The notes under the pieces were generated by a model. It did not search any database, was not told where the DNA came from, and worked only from the letters and a program-made list of their open reading frames with translations. From the NCBI GenBank assembly GCA_900315245.1, contig OMYJ01000009.1:14775-78774 (forward strand): a stretch of DNA of 64,000 bases, read 5' to 3'. This document shows, one piece after another, positions 49,726 through 60,643 of the stretch. Source of the DNA: an uncultured Bacteroidales bacterium. Its GTDB lineage: Bacteria; Bacteroidota; Bacteroidia; Bacteroidales; WCHB1-69. Made by a program: the position numbers and the translations under genes. Position 1 is the stretch's first letter, and every line of letters starts with the position of its first letter.

Positions 49726-50696
49726 ATCCGTTTTCGATTTTCCATATTCGCAACGATGCCGAATTCGAGCAATCGGCATTGTCCGTTTTTAGTTTCCAAT
49801 TCGACCACAACCCAACATATCGTTCTTATTGTCAACTGCTTAACATAAAAAAAGAAGACATTCATCATCTGGAGGAGATTCCTTTTCTGCCCATTTCTTT
49901 TTTTAAGACCCACGCTGTCAAAACCACAACATTTACTCCCGCATTGACTTTTCGGAGCAGTGGCACTACAGGGATGCAACAATCCAGACACTTCATCAAA
50001 GACGCAATTATCTACCAAAAGAGTCTGATTGAAGGATTCCGATATTTTTATGGAAACCCCTCCGAATACACTTTCCTGGCGCTGCTGCCTAACTATCTGG
50101 AACAGAAGCAATCTTCCTTGGTTTATATGATGGACTGGCTGATGCAGCAGTCAAGGTCCAATGACAACGGCTATTATCTTTACAACCACGAAGATCTGTA
50201 CAACAAGCTCTGCCAACTGCGTGATAATAAGCGGAAAACTATTCTTTGGGGAGTCACTTTCGCTCTATTGGACTTCGTTGAGCACTACCAACTGGATTTC
50301 CCGGATCTGATTGTGTTTGAAACTGGCGGGATGAAAGGACGCCGCAAAGAGATGGTGAAAGAGGAGTTATACGACACGCTCTGCAAAGCATTCGGCGTGC
50401 CCGACATCCATTCTGAATATGGAATGTGCGAACTGCTGTCGCAAGCATACAGCAAAGGAGGAAACATTTTTGCCACTCCACCATGGATGAAGCTGCGCCT
50501 ACGCAACGAAAAAGATCCTCTTGACGGCAGTGACTCCGTCAGCACCGGTGTCATCAACGTCATTGATTTGGCCAATATCTACAGTTGTTCGTTCATCGCC
50601 ACCGAAGACCTCGGCCGTCGCCACGCGCAAGGCATTGAAGTGCTTGGCCGTCTCGACCACGCGCAAATCCGTGGCTGTAACCTGATGGTGCTGTGA
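49713..50696 (+). CDS. LuxE-like acyl-protein synthetase / acyltransferase
   Basis: IPFLPISFFK, FRSSGTTG, ETGGMKGRR, SEYGMCELLSQAY, RGCNL. Confidence 0.8.
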   Translation: METLNPFSIFHIRNDAEFEQSALSVFSFQFDHNPTYRSYCQLLNIKKEDIHHLEEIPFLPISFFKTHAVKTTTFTPALTFRSSGTTGMQQSRHFIKDAIIYQKSLIEGFRYFYGNPSEYTFLALLPNYLEQKQSSLVYMMDWLMQQSRSNDNGYYLYNHEDLYNKLCQLRDNKRKTILWGVTFALLDFVEHYQLDFPDLIVFETGGMKGRRKEMVKEELYDTLCKAFGVPDIHSEYGMCELLSQAYSKGGNIFATPPWMKLRLRNEKDPLDGSDSVSTGVINVIDLANIYSCSFIATEDLGRRHAQGIEVLGRLDHAQIRGCNLMVL

Positions 50697-50783
50697 ATTC
50701 ATATTTTATTTGTACCTTTGCAACGTTCCCCATCCAAGGGAATATATTTTGTAAACTATTGTTAACCAAATGATTATAGAATT

Positions 50784-51191
50784 ATGAAAAAATGGTTGTA
50801 TGGAATTCTTTGCGTGGTGATGGTCGCCGTTGCTGCATTAGTGCTGATCTGCGCCACATCCGGTGATGACGTCATGACTAAGAAAAACGGCGTTTACATC
50901 GTGAACACCACCAAACTGGGTGCGGACATCCAAGGTTATAATGGCCCTACCCCGCTGAATATTTACATCAAAGAGGACAAAATCGAAAAAATCGAAGCGC
51001 TGCCCAATGATGAAACCCCGCGGTTCTTCGACATGGTGAAAACACACCTGCTTCACAAGTGGAACGGCATGACCGTGAAACAAGCCGCCACCGCTAACGT
51101 GGATGCTGTGACCGGTGCCACCTACTCCTCCAACGCCGTCAAAGAGAATGTGAAATTGGGGGTGAAATATTACCAGAAACATAAAAAGTAA
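50784..51191 (+). CDS. FMN-binding domain protein
   Basis: GYNGP, ETP, DAVTGATYSS flavinylation motif. Confidence 0.85.
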   Translation: MKKWLYGILCVVMVAVAALVLICATSGDDVMTKKNGVYIVNTTKLGADIQGYNGPTPLNIYIKEDKIEKIEALPNDETPRFFDMVKTHLLHKWNGMTVKQAATANVDAVTGATYSSNAVKENVKLGVKYYQKHKK

Positions 51192-52493
51192 ATGAGGCAT
51201 CGTTTGTTCTTGCGTTTGGCTGTTCTGGAACTGCTACTGTTCGTGGCGGTGAAGGCTGTTTTTGCCCAAGGTCCAGACACCATACGCATGATGCAATACA
51301 ATCTGATGTATTACACAACCACTTCAGGCGTTTCAGACTGCAATAGCATCAGCAACAACTTGGACACAAAAGACACCCACATCAAGACCATATTCCAATA
51401 TGTGAAACCTACAGTGTTTTGTGTCTGCGAGATGGGATCACAAAACCTGTACGCCGACCGTCTTCTCAACAACGCCATCAACACCGATGGAATCGACTAC
51501 TATCGCCGAGGCCCTCTCACCAATCAGTCGGGTGGGACTATCGCCAATATGATCTATTATGATTCGCGCAAACTGACGTTGTACAAATCCACCAATTTAA
51601 CCACCTCTTACAGAGATATTAACGGATACACTTTCTATTACAACGCAGATAATTTGGACTCCAAAGACACCATCTTCATGACATTCTGGATTGCACATCT
51701 GAAAGCTGGCGACTCCCCCAATAATGAGGAATTGCGATTGGTACAAGTACAAAAGCTGATGAGTCGTATCGCCAACTCCGGGTTACCAGGCAATTACACA
51801 TTTTCTGGTGATTTCAATATCTACTCAAGCAATGAGCCTGCATATCAAGAACTTACAGAGTACTCCAACAGCCTTTACCGCTTTTACGACCCTGTAAACA
51901 GTCCTGGAGTTTGGCATAACAATTCGCAATTTTCCTCTTTGCACACGCAATCCACGCACACTCAATCCACCGACTGTTTTTCCAGCGGCGGTTTGGACGA
52001 CCGGTTCGACATCATCCTTGTCTCGCCATACATCTACTATGGCAGTGATCGCATTCATCTTGTAGAAGGTTCCTATCACGCACTGGGTCAGGATGGTGCG
52101 CGCTTTAACGGGAGCATTCTCTCGCCCTCCAACAATTCTATCCCCTCTCAGGTGGCCAATGCACTCTACCAGCAATCCGACCACTTACCGGTCATTATGG
52201 ACATGACCATAGACGCACATGTAGGAGTTCCTGTTTACAAGCCTGATTTCAGAGTCAACATAGCCAATCCCGTGCGGGAAACGCTCCAGATTGATTTCCA
52301 ACACGACAAACCAGGAAAATACGGCATCAGCATTTATGCCACTGACGGGCACCTCGTTATGACCCGCCTCGAAGATTTGGACGCAGGTGTCCATCATTTG
52401 TCTTATCCTTTCCCTTTTCAAAAAGGTGTCTATTTTGCAGTATTCACCGATGAATCAGGTCAAAAATCAACCTTAAAACTGATTCATTATTAA
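51192..52493 (+). CDS. Secreted endonuclease/exonuclease/phosphatase-family protein with T9SS CTD
   Basis: QYNL, HLKAG, GDFN, RFD, SDHLPV; C-terminal NPV...GVYF CTD-like tail. Confidence 0.78.
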   Translation: MRHRLFLRLAVLELLLFVAVKAVFAQGPDTIRMMQYNLMYYTTTSGVSDCNSISNNLDTKDTHIKTIFQYVKPTVFCVCEMGSQNLYADRLLNNAINTDGIDYYRRGPLTNQSGGTIANMIYYDSRKLTLYKSTNLTTSYRDINGYTFYYNADNLDSKDTIFMTFWIAHLKAGDSPNNEELRLVQVQKLMSRIANSGLPGNYTFSGDFNIYSSNEPAYQELTEYSNSLYRFYDPVNSPGVWHNNSQFSSLHTQSTHTQSTDCFSSGGLDDRFDIILVSPYIYYGSDRIHLVEGSYHALGQDGARFNGSILSPSNNSIPSQVANALYQQSDHLPVIMDMTIDAHVGVPVYKPDFRVNIANPVRETLQIDFQHDKPGKYGISIYATDGHLVMTRLEDLDAGVHHLSYPFPFQKGVYFAVFTDESGQKSTLKLIHY

Positions 52494-52590
52494 TTTTACG
52501 CCTAAAAAACATCTCAGAAAAGGGTTACTGTATGAAAAAATTATATCTTTGCACCCTCAATTTTCATCACGAACAATAAACAAAACCATT

Positions 52591-52977
52591 ATGAGTGAAA
52601 TTGTTGTAAACCGTTATTCTGACGAAGATTTAGAAGAATTCAAAGTCTTAATAGAAAAAAAAATAGAAGAGGCAAAAAAGAACCTGGAAGTCTATCAGGA
52701 AGCATACAGTGGTGTCGGTAATGACACGAGAGACACTGCACCGACCTTCAAGAATCTCGAAGAAGGAAACCAAGTGCTTTCCAAAGAGGAAAACGGGCGT
52801 CTGATGTCTCGTTTGGTAAAATACATCTCCAACTTGGAAGCCGCCCTGGTACGTATCGAGAACAAGACCTACGGTGTGGACCGCATCACGGGCAAACTCA
52901 TCCCAAAAGAACGTTTGAGAATTGTCCCTCACGCCACGTTGGACATCGATACCAAACTGCAAGAAAAGAAAAAATAG
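52591..52977 (+). CDS. dksA: TraR/DksA family transcriptional regulator
   Basis: Coiled coil, ALVRIENKTYG..RITGKLIPKERL..VPHATL. Confidence 0.85.
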   Translation: MSEIVVNRYSDEDLEEFKVLIEKKIEEAKKNLEVYQEAYSGVGNDTRDTAPTFKNLEEGNQVLSKEENGRLMSRLVKYISNLEAALVRIENKTYGVDRITGKLIPKERLRIVPHATLDIDTKLQEKKK

Positions 52978-53008
52978 ACTACAACAACTTCTTTAATATG
53001 GGCATTCG

Positions 53009-54748
53009 ATGAATCCCCTTCTGAAAGTTGAAGATTTGTCACTCGAATTCCGACGTGACACACAGTGGAGCCCTATTCTGCATCATATTAACTTTTCTCT
53101 TGACGAAGGAGAAACTTTAGGAATTGTGGGTGAGTCAGGCTCCGGCAAATCCGTGACGGCGCTTTCCGTCATGCAGCTTCTGAATCCTAAAATAGCGCGT
53201 TATCCCTCCGGAAAAATCCTTTTCCGCGCACAAAATGATGACAAAACGCCAACATTGGATATCCTGAAAGCTTCTGAATCCACCATGCAGTCCCTTAGAG
53301 GAAACCAGATAGGCATGATATTCCAGGAGCCTATGACCTCTCTTAATCCTGTCATCCGTTGTGGTGAACAGATCTCCGAACAAATCATCCTGCACAAACA
53401 TATCAGCAAAAAAGAGGCGAAAGAACAGGTTCTCAATCTGTTCAATGAGGTGATGTTGCCCCGACCCAACCAGATTTTCGATGCCTATCCCCACGAGCTT
53501 TCCGGCGGACAGAAACAACGGATCATGATTGCCATGGCCATGAGCTGCAACCCGAAACTGCTCATCGCCGACGAGCCCACCACCGCCTTAGATGTCACCA
53601 TCCAAAAAAACATTCTTGAACTCATCCGCACTTTGCAACATAAGCACGGGATGAGCGTGCTATTCATCACTCACGATTTAGGGGTGATGGCGGAAGTCGC
53701 CGACCGCACCCTGGTGATGTACAAAGGTGACATCGTTGAAGAGAACAATGTGCGGGACATTTTCCTCAATCCTAAAAACCCCTACACTAAGCAGCTTATC
53801 GCATGCCGTCCTTCCATGAACCAACGGCTGAAAACGCTGCCGAAAGTGTCTGATTTTGTCGGAAACGACGACAAAGCAGTCCAAGACATTATCACCAAAC
53901 TGACCGTTCAGCCCGAAGAACGGGAGGCCGCGCATAAAGCACTTTACTCCGGTGACAAAATCGTCACAATCAAGAACTTAAACAAGGTGTACAAGCTCCG
54001 CAAACGCAAACTTTTCGAAAAACAACAGTTCCTTCATGCGCTGAAAGACATCAATCTTGACATTTATGAAGGCGAGACCTTGGGGCTCGTTGGTGAGTCC
54101 GGTTGCGGCAAGACCACACTGGGTCGCACCTTGTTACGTCTGATAGAACCATCCTCTGGCGAGGTCTGTTTCCGCGGCAAAAATCTCGTTCAACTCCCCG
54201 CTTCCGAGCTACGCAAAACGCGCAAAGACCTGCAAATCATCTTACAAGACCCGTATTCTTCTCTCAACCAAAGGCTTACCATAGGTGAGGCGCTCATGGA
54301 ACCTATGCGCGTACATGGCATCCTTCACAACGACAAGGAACGAAAAAAACGGGTTATTGAACTTCTGGAACGCATAAGTCTCAATGAATCACACTTCTAC
54401 AGATATCCTCACGAATTTTCCGGGGGCCAACGGCAACGCATCTCCATTGCTCGCGCCCTCTCCGTAAATCCCAAATTCATCATCTGCGACGAATCCGTTT
54501 CTGCCCTCGATGTCTCCGTGCAAGCGCAAGTACTCAACCTGCTTAACGAACTCAAAACCGAGTACCATTTTACCTACATCTTCATTTCCCACGACCTGTC
54601 TGTTGTGAAATTCATGGCCGACCGCATTGCTGTCATGCAGCAAGGAGCCATCGTGGAAATCGGTGAAGCGGACTCACTATGCGCACATCCACAAACCGAC
54701 TATACTCGCAAACTAATCGACGCTATCCCGAAAGGGGTTGTGTGTTGA
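53009..54748 (+). CDS. ABC transporter ATP-binding protein with two fused NBDs (peptide/nickel type)
   Basis: GESGSGKS and [16 protein letters not shown] / FSGGQRQR. Confidence 0.92.
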   Translation: MNPLLKVEDLSLEFRRDTQWSPILHHINFSLDEGETLGIVGESGSGKSVTALSVMQLLNPKIARYPSGKILFRAQNDDKTPTLDILKASESTMQSLRGNQIGMIFQEPMTSLNPVIRCGEQISEQIILHKHISKKEAKEQVLNLFNEVMLPRPNQIFDAYPHELSGGQKQRIMIAMAMSCNPKLLIADEPTTALDVTIQKNILELIRTLQHKHGMSVLFITHDLGVMAEVADRTLVMYKGDIVEENNVRDIFLNPKNPYTKQLIACRPSMNQRLKTLPKVSDFVGNDDKAVQDIITKLTVQPEEREAAHKALYSGDKIVTIKNLNKVYKLRKRKLFEKQQFLHALKDINLDIYEGETLGLVGESGCGKTTLGRTLLRLIEPSSGEVCFRGKNLVQLPASELRKTRKDLQIILQDPYSSLNQRLTIGEALMEPMRVHGILHNDKERKKRVIELLERISLNESHFYRYPHEFSGGQRQRISIARALSVNPKFIICDESVSALDVSVQAQVLNLLNELKTEYHFTYIFISHDLSVVKFMADRIAVMQQGAIVEIGEADSLCAHPQTDYTRKLIDAIPKGVVC

Positions 54749-54817
54749 CAATAACTATAACTATAACCAGTTCGTTAAACAATCGCAAATCGTAAACCGT
54801 AAACCGTAAATCGTAAA
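54747..54817. repeat. AACTAT-type hexamers (about 3) plus AA[TC]CGTA-type heptamers x5
   Basis: Read directly; runs from the ABC stop to just before the next ATG. Confidence 0.8.
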
Positions 54818-54820
54818 ACA

Positions 54821-55729
54821 ATGAACATTCTCAAAATCATCATCCGCATTGGTATCGGCGTATTTTTCATCGCATCTGCCATCCTGAAATTGATTTCTAT
54901 CGATAATTTTGAACTTTACATCTACAGTTTCAACATTTTCAGTTTCACAATGAGCGGTTTGGCGGCACGTGCCATCATAGCATGCGAGCTTCTGGTCGGC
55001 ATCTTGCTGATTGCCAAAGTCAAATACAAGGAGGCGTGGTGGCTGACCATGTTGATGCTCGTCGGTTTCTCCCTTCTTCTCGTCTATGTAATTCTTTTCC
55101 GCAACGACAGTAACTGCCACTGTATGGGGGATTTAGTGGAAATAAAGCCGTTCCTGTCGCTCATCAAGAACCTTTTGGTCATCGCACTGATGTTGCTCAT
55201 CCGCAAGGAGGAGGATTACCGTTTCCGGGGGCGCGTTTCCGTGCTCGTTATCGCCATCCTGACCGCCATCGCAGTGCCTTTCGCGTTATTCCCGATGGAT
55301 AACATTTACAACCTTTTCTCCAAAACCAGCACCAAAAGCTGCAATGAAGCTGAGTTCAACAGCTTTCTGCAAGATTCCGTTATGCAGGACATCCATCTTG
55401 ACGAAGGAAATTTCATCGTCGGAGTCGTCTCTTCAGGGTGTAAATTCTGCCGCATTGGCTGTCTGAAAATGTCGGAAATGGTCACTTTCAACAAAATAGA
55501 CAGCACAAAAGTCTTGTATTTCATTTGGGGAGACAGTACTTCCGTGAAAGAATTCCGGAAAGAAACCAAAAGCGAACCCTTCCTATACGTGCCTATCAAT
55601 CCGGTAAAAGCCATTCGTATCACAGACGGAGCTTTCCCTTTGTTCCTGTTCATTCAAGATGGCGAGGTTCAAAGGACGGCCGACCTGAGACAATTAACCG
55701 AAAAGGAAGTTGTCTCCCATTTAAAATAA
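54821..55729 (+). CDS. DoxX/MauE-like membrane protein with C-terminal thioredoxin-like CxxC
   Basis: TM helices, NCHCMG, CKFC. Confidence 0.7.
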   Translation: MNILKIIIRIGIGVFFIASAILKLISIDNFELYIYSFNIFSFTMSGLAARAIIACELLVGILLIAKVKYKEAWWLTMLMLVGFSLLLVYVILFRNDSNCHCMGDLVEIKPFLSLIKNLLVIALMLLIRKEEDYRFRGRVSVLVIAILTAIAVPFALFPMDNIYNLFSKTSTKSCNEAEFNSFLQDSVMQDIHLDEGNFIVGVVSSGCKFCRIGCLKMSEMVTFNKIDSTKVLYFIWGDSTSVKEFRKETKSEPFLYVPINPVKAIRITDGAFPLFLFIQDGEVQRTADLRQLTEKEVVSHLK

Positions 55730-55795
55730 ATTTTTGTATTTTTGCCGCCTAATAACTGTATAATTTTAGGTATTTTCTTCTAAAAACTGCTACAA

Positions 55796-56344
55796 ATGTC
55801 TTTAACAACAAAAAAGAAACAAGAGATTTTTGACTACTATTCGGAAAATGGCTTTCATCACTCCACCGAACAAATAGTAAAACATTTAAAAATCTGCCAC
55901 AAAACTTTCTTTAATCGTTACGGAACCAAATCCCAGTCCATAGAAATAGCTTGGGAATATTGGCAAAACTTGTGCAAGGAAAAATGGTCACGCATTTTGG
56001 AAAACTGCAACCATTGCGTTGAAGAGTTGCTCATGATTCTCTATCACATGTACAAAACACGGGAATTTGACACTCATTATTACGAACTCACACGCGATAG
56101 CCGCAAATATCTCGATACCAGCTCCTACTTCTACTCCATAGTGTATTCTATTTTGGAAAAGGGGAAAAAGTGTTTTCATGTAAAGGAGAATCTGAACACA
56201 GATGCCTACACTTCTTTTGTCCTTAACAACATGTTTCTTATTGATTTTGAGAAAGATAAGAGGCGTATTACGTTGAAATTCATCTTGAATGCGGCTTTGA
56301 CCGAACGCGGGATGGAACTTTTCATGGAAACGCCCTTCGCTTAA
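55796..56344 (+). CDS. Putative TetR-like regulator
   Basis: N-terminal HTH-like segment (EQIVKHLKICHKTFFNRYGTK); size about 180 aa. Confidence 0.5.
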   Translation: MSLTTKKKQEIFDYYSENGFHHSTEQIVKHLKICHKTFFNRYGTKSQSIEIAWEYWQNLCKEKWSRILENCNHCVEELLMILYHMYKTREFDTHYYELTRDSRKYLDTSSYFYSIVYSILEKGKKCFHVKENLNTDAYTSFVLNNMFLIDFEKDKRRITLKFILNAALTERGMELFMETPFA

Positions 56345-56448
56345 TACGTCTGTCCTTCTGATTCACCTCGACTTATTAAACTTTTTTCTTTTACAGCAGT
56401 TGTTTTCTTTCAACTGAAATGTGTATTTTTGCCGTCAATTTTAAAACG

Positions 56449-57708
56449 ATGAAAAAAGCAGTTTTATTCTTGGGGATACTTTTACTTATGACAGCAGGTC
56501 GGGCCAGCTATCTGCTGATTCCCATGGATTTGGCACAAAGCAACCATTTGAAAGCTTACGGGATCGCTTACTTCGCTGTATCCCATCAAATTGACATGAG
56601 CTGGCTGCTGAACTATCGGGGAGGCAGTTTCATGTGCCCGTATAATGGGAGCGTGGAAAACGAATGCTTGGTCCGCGGTGTCTCCTTCGAAATCCTTGCT
56701 GACCTTCAGGCCACGCAAATCCTCAACGAAATCGCCGTGATTGAGAACAACATGAACGAAATCCGTTTGACTAAAGAGCCTAAAATCGCCGTTTACTCAC
56801 CAAAAAACAAACTCCCCTGGGACGACGCCGTCACGTTGGTGTTGACATACGCTGAAATCCCCTACACGGTGATTTATGACGAAGAGGTCATCAAAGGCGA
56901 ACTTCCCAAATATGACTGGTTACACCTTCATCATGAAGATTTCACTGGACAATATGGGAAATTCTGGGCGAACTACCGCAACGCCAAATGGTATCAGGAC
57001 GATGTGCGGGAAAACGAGGAACGTGCATCGCAGCTGGGATTCTCGAAAGTGTCGCAAATGAAACTTGCCGTGGCTAAAGGCATCCGTGACTTTGTGGCAG
57101 GCGGAGGCTATCTGTTCGCCATGTGCTCCGGTCCAGACAGTTATGATATTGCACTTGCTGCCGAAGGAGTGGATATTTGCGAAACCATGTTCGACGGCGA
57201 CCCTATGGATCCGCAAGCCCAAAGCAAACTCAACTACGACAACTGCTTTGCTTTCACTGATTTCAGAATTGAAACCAACCCCTACGTTTATGAAGTTTCC
57301 AACATTGACGTGAACCCGTCACAACATATCCAAAACAAATCCCACGACTATTTCACCCTCTTCGAGTTTTCCGCCAAATGGGATCCTGTTCCTACAATGC
57401 TGTGCCAGAATCACTTGCAAGTAATTCCCGGATTCATGGGACAGACCACCGCATTCCGGAAAGAACTCATTAAACCAACGGTGACCATTATGGGAGAATG
57501 CGCCTATTTTAATGAAGCTCGCTATATTCATGGAGAATACGGGAAAGGCACTTGGACTTTCTACTCAGGCCACGATCCGGAAGACTACCAGCATCTGGTC
57601 AACGATGCCCCCACAGATCTGAATCTGTTCCCTAATTCCGCAGGTTATCGTCTGATTCTCAATAACGTACTCTTCCCTGCCGCGAAAAAGCAGCAGCAGA
57701 AGACGTAA
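56449..57708 (+). CDS. Conserved Bacteroidetes exported protein (family often labelled asparagine synthetase B)
   Basis: Signal peptide, HLKAYG, PWDDAV, WLHLHHEDFTGQYGKF, FAMCS, GHDPEDY. Confidence 0.7.
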   Translation: MKKAVLFLGILLLMTAGRASYLLIPMDLAQSNHLKAYGIAYFAVSHQIDMSWLLNYRGGSFMCPYNGSVENECLVRGVSFEILADLQATQILNEIAVIENNMNEIRLTKEPKIAVYSPKNKLPWDDAVTLVLTYAEIPYTVIYDEEVIKGELPKYDWLHLHHEDFTGQYGKFWANYRNAKWYQDDVRENEERASQLGFSKVSQMKLAVAKGIRDFVAGGGYLFAMCSGPDSYDIALAAEGVDICETMFDGDPMDPQAQSKLNYDNCFAFTDFRIETNPYVYEVSNIDVNPSQHIQNKSHDYFTLFEFSAKWDPVPTMLCQNHLQVIPGFMGQTTAFRKELIKPTVTIMGECAYFNEARYIHGEYGKGTWTFYSGHDPEDYQHLVNDAPTDLNLFPNSAGYRLILNNVLFPAAKKQQQKT

Positions 57709-57724
57709 TACGTGAGGGCGTATC

Positions 57725-57741
57725 AGCTAAAAGCCAACAGC
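57725..57741. repeat. Short heptamer array AGCTAAA AGCCAAC AGC
   Basis: Same family and same convergent-gene context as 36871-36896. Confidence 0.55.
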
Positions 57742-57742
57742 G

Positions 57743-58567
57743 CTAAATCCCTGGCATCATATTATAAATCAGATCAACGACGTTGGGGCCAGTTTTGGCA
57801 GCGGCGGCCAGCACTTCTTCGTGAGAAGCTTTTTCCACCTTGCCTACAACACCGAGGTCGGTGATTACCGACAGTGCAAAAATTTCCAGACCAAGATAAT
57901 GCGCCATGATGGCTTCAGGTACCGTGGACATGCCCACGGCATCGGCTCCCATGATGTGAAACATCTTGTACTCCGACGGGGTTTCAAAACAGGGGCCAGT
58001 CACGCCGATGTAAACACCTTCCTGCAAATGAATGTTCCGACTCTCACTTGTTTGTCGTGCTAATTTCAGCAACCTATGGGAGTACACCTCACTCATATTC
58101 GGAAAGCGGGGACCAAGCGTGTCATCATTCGGACCCATTAAAGGATTGTTGCCGAACAGGTTGATGTGGTCGCGGATGAGCATGATATCGCCCACCTGGA
58201 ATGAGGGGTTCATACCGCCCGCAGCATTCGAAAGGATGATTGTTTTTACCCCGAGGCCAGGCAAAATCTGCTGTGGAAATGTCACCACATCCATCGGATA
58301 TCCCTCATAATAGTGGAAACGACCATTGAAGACCAGCACCTCCACATCGTTCAACCGTCCGAATATCATCGTTCCCTTATGACCTTGCACAGTAGAAATC
58401 GGAAAGTTGGGAATCTCTTTGTAAGGAATTTCATCCACAATGTCAATCTTTTGCGTTAAGCCGCCTAGTCCTGAGCCTAACACGATGGCAATTTTCGGAT
58501 TTATCGTTTTACGGTTATTCAGGTATCCAACCGTTTCAGCTATTTTCTTTCTTTTTTCCTCGAACAT
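57743..58567 (-). CDS. punA: Purine-nucleoside phosphorylase (trimeric type)
   Basis: VLGSGLG, GRFHYYEG, NAAGG, GP.FETP.E, VGMSTVPE. Confidence 0.95.
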   Translation of the reverse strand: MFEEKRKKIAETVGYLNNRKTINPKIAIVLGSGLGGLTQKIDIVDEIPYKEIPNFPISTVQGHKGTMIFGRLNDVEVLVFNGRFHYYEGYPMDVVTFPQQILPGLGVKTIILSNAAGGMNPSFQVGDIMLIRDHINLFGNNPLMGPNDDTLGPRFPNMSEVYSHRLLKLARQTSESRNIHLQEGVYIGVTGPCFETPSEYKMFHIMGADAVGMSTVPEAIMAHYLGLEIFALSVITDLGVVGKVEKASHEEVLAAAAKTGPNVVDLIYNMMPGI

Positions 58568-59627
58568 GATCTATCACTATTTGGTTAAAGCTATCCCGTT
58601 GATTTTCAGTGAGAAATTCCACTTCCACACGTATCACAAAAACGGGTAGCAAAGATACAATATTTCTAATATGTTTTGATTGCAAACGCATCCAATCTTT
58701 TTCCGTAGTAACCAGCACGCATTGATTGCCGATATTGTTAAAATGCTGATCATAAACAGCTTGTATCTCTTTTTCAGTAAAAGAATGATGGTCTGGAAAT
58801 TCGTGATGCCCCTCTATGTTATATGTTTTCTCCAAATGATTGATTAAAGGTTTTGGGTGGGCTATTCCTGTCAGAACCACGATGTCGCGGACCAACTGTG
58901 GGTCGATTTTTTCCGCCGCAGGAGTGACAGGAACCAGCTGTTCATAACGGTAGCGCGTGAAAAAGAGATGCTGATGGGTCCTTAAACGGAGTTTGTACCT
59001 CCATGTGGATTCGTCAGTGTTTGCTTTGTCGGGAACTTTTGTCACGATTATGACGTCAGCGAAACGTGCCGCACGCGGGAACTCCCGAAGCGTGCCTGTC
59101 GGCATTGGCATGTCAGGACGATAAGGGCGATTGTATTCGGTTAACAGGATATGGAAGCTTGGGCGGAAGCGCAGATGCTGGTAAGCATCGTCAAGAACAA
59201 CGACCTCTGTATCAGGATTTTCTGAAAGAAGATTGCGCACACCCTCACAACGGTCTCCATCCACAGCCAACGGCACGTCAGGATGTCGCAAATGAGTCAT
59301 AAAGGACTCATCCCCAAACATTTCTGCATTCCGATCTTGGAGATCTGTCTGCAAGACAGAATGATAACCTTTGGATTTCCGTCCATATCCACGACTTAAC
59401 GCCGCTACCCGGAACTCTCGTTTCAGCAATTCAATAACATATTGTGTATGAGGAGTTTTCCCCGTTCCGCCCACTGCCAAATTTCCGACATCAATAGCGG
59501 GTATCGGGGAATCCATCCCTTTCCAAAAGCCAATTCTGTACAAAAACCGGCGAATCGCGGCCAACAAACCGTAAATCAAGGAAAAGGGTGTCAACAACAG
59601 TCCTATGATGAGTTTAATCCGATCCAT
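58536..59627 (-). CDS. lpxK: Tetraacyldisaccharide 4'-kinase
   Basis: VGNLAVGGTGKTP, LSRGYGR, LDDAYQH, FPDHH, TTEKD. Confidence 0.95.
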   Translation of the reverse strand: MDRIKLIIGLLLTPFSLIYGLLAAIRRFLYRIGFWKGMDSPIPAIDVGNLAVGGTGKTPHTQYVIELLKREFRVAALSRGYGRKSKGYHSVLQTDLQDRNAEMFGDESFMTHLRHPDVPLAVDGDRCEGVRNLLSENPDTEVVVLDDAYQHLRFRPSFHILLTEYNRPYRPDMPMPTGTLREFPRAARFADVIIVTKVPDKANTDESTWRYKLRLRTHQHLFFTRYRYEQLVPVTPAAEKIDPQLVRDIVVLTGIAHPKPLINHLEKTYNIEGHHEFPDHHSFTEKEIQAVYDQHFNNIGNQCVLVTTEKDWMRLQSKHIRNIVSLLPVFVIRVEVEFLTENQRDSFNQIVIDHVRGKKKENS

Positions 59628-60639
59628 TTCCTGGTGCTTCACTGTGTTTTGCCGCCTCCCGTTCCTCACGTCTCTTGCGCAGCTGTTCTTCAACCTCATT
59701 CTCGTACGACTCGTAGCGGCTGATGATTTTGGTCACCAAATGATGTCGGACGACATCCTTATTGTCCATGTAAATGAAATCTATCCCCTTCACTCCGCGC
59801 AAAATACGATCTGCGAGAATCAATCCCGATTGTTGGTTTTTGGGGAGGTCTATTTGCGTGATGTCGCCGGTAATGAAGAATTTGGCGTTTTTCCCCATGC
59901 GGGTCAGGAACATTTTCAGCTGCGAAGAGGTGGCATTCTGTGCCTCGTCGAGAATCACGTAAGCGTTGTCGAGGGTGCGCCCACGCATAAATGCCAACGG
60001 CGCAATCTCAATGACCTTGTCCTCCATCATAGTCATCAGCTTCTGCATAGGCATCATATCCCAAAGAGCATCGTACAGCGGTTGAAGGTATGGATCAAGT
60101 TTGTCGCGGAGGTCACCGGGAAGGAATCCGAGGTTTTCCCCTGCCTCAACTGCCGGACGGGTCAAAATAATCCTTTTTATCTGTTTGTTTTTCAGCGCTT
60201 TAACAGCAAGAGCCACAGCAGTGTAGGTTTTACCTGTACCCGCAGGCCCCACCACAAAAACCATATCGTTTTTCTCTGCACTTTCCACAAGGCGTTTCTG
60301 ATTCGGGGTAATGGCTTTGATGACCTTGCCTTCCCTTCCATGCACAATCACATTCGCGTCCACCTGATTAAGGGCATAAAAGCTGTCGTCCTCCATTGCT
60401 GTAATGTTAATGATATCGGTTTCCGTCAGCTTTCCAAATTGTTCTATATGATTCTGTAACAAAGAGATACGGTTCTCAAACTCTTCCACATCGGCATCAG
60501 TTCCCGTGACTTTAATTTCATTGCCCCGTACAAACATCTTCAATTTCGGGAAGATGTGAGTAAGCATTTTGATGTTATTGTTTTGAAAACCAAGAAGCTC
60601 AACTGCGGTTTCAGGATTCAGTTCAATAATTTTATCCAT
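59614..60639 (-). CDS. phoH: PhoH family ATPase
   Basis: GPAGTGKT, RPAVEAGE.LGFLPG, MRGRTL, DEAQN. Confidence 0.95.
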   Translation of the reverse strand: MDKIIELNPETAVELLGFQNNNIKMLTHIFPKLKMFVRGNEIKVTGTDADVEEFENRISLLQNHIEQFGKLTETDIINITAMEDDSFYALNQVDANVIVHGREGKVIKAITPNQKRLVESAEKNDMVFVVGPAGTGKTYTAVALAVKALKNKQIKRIILTRPAVEAGENLGFLPGDLRDKLDPYLQPLYDALWDMMPMQKLMTMMEDKVIEIAPLAFMRGRTLDNAYVILDEAQNATSSQLKMFLTRMGKNAKFFITGDITQIDLPKNQQSGLILADRILRGVKGIDFIYMDNKDVVRHHLVTKIISRYESYENEVEEQLRKRREEREAAKHSEAPGNGSD

Positions 60640-60643
60640 GATG

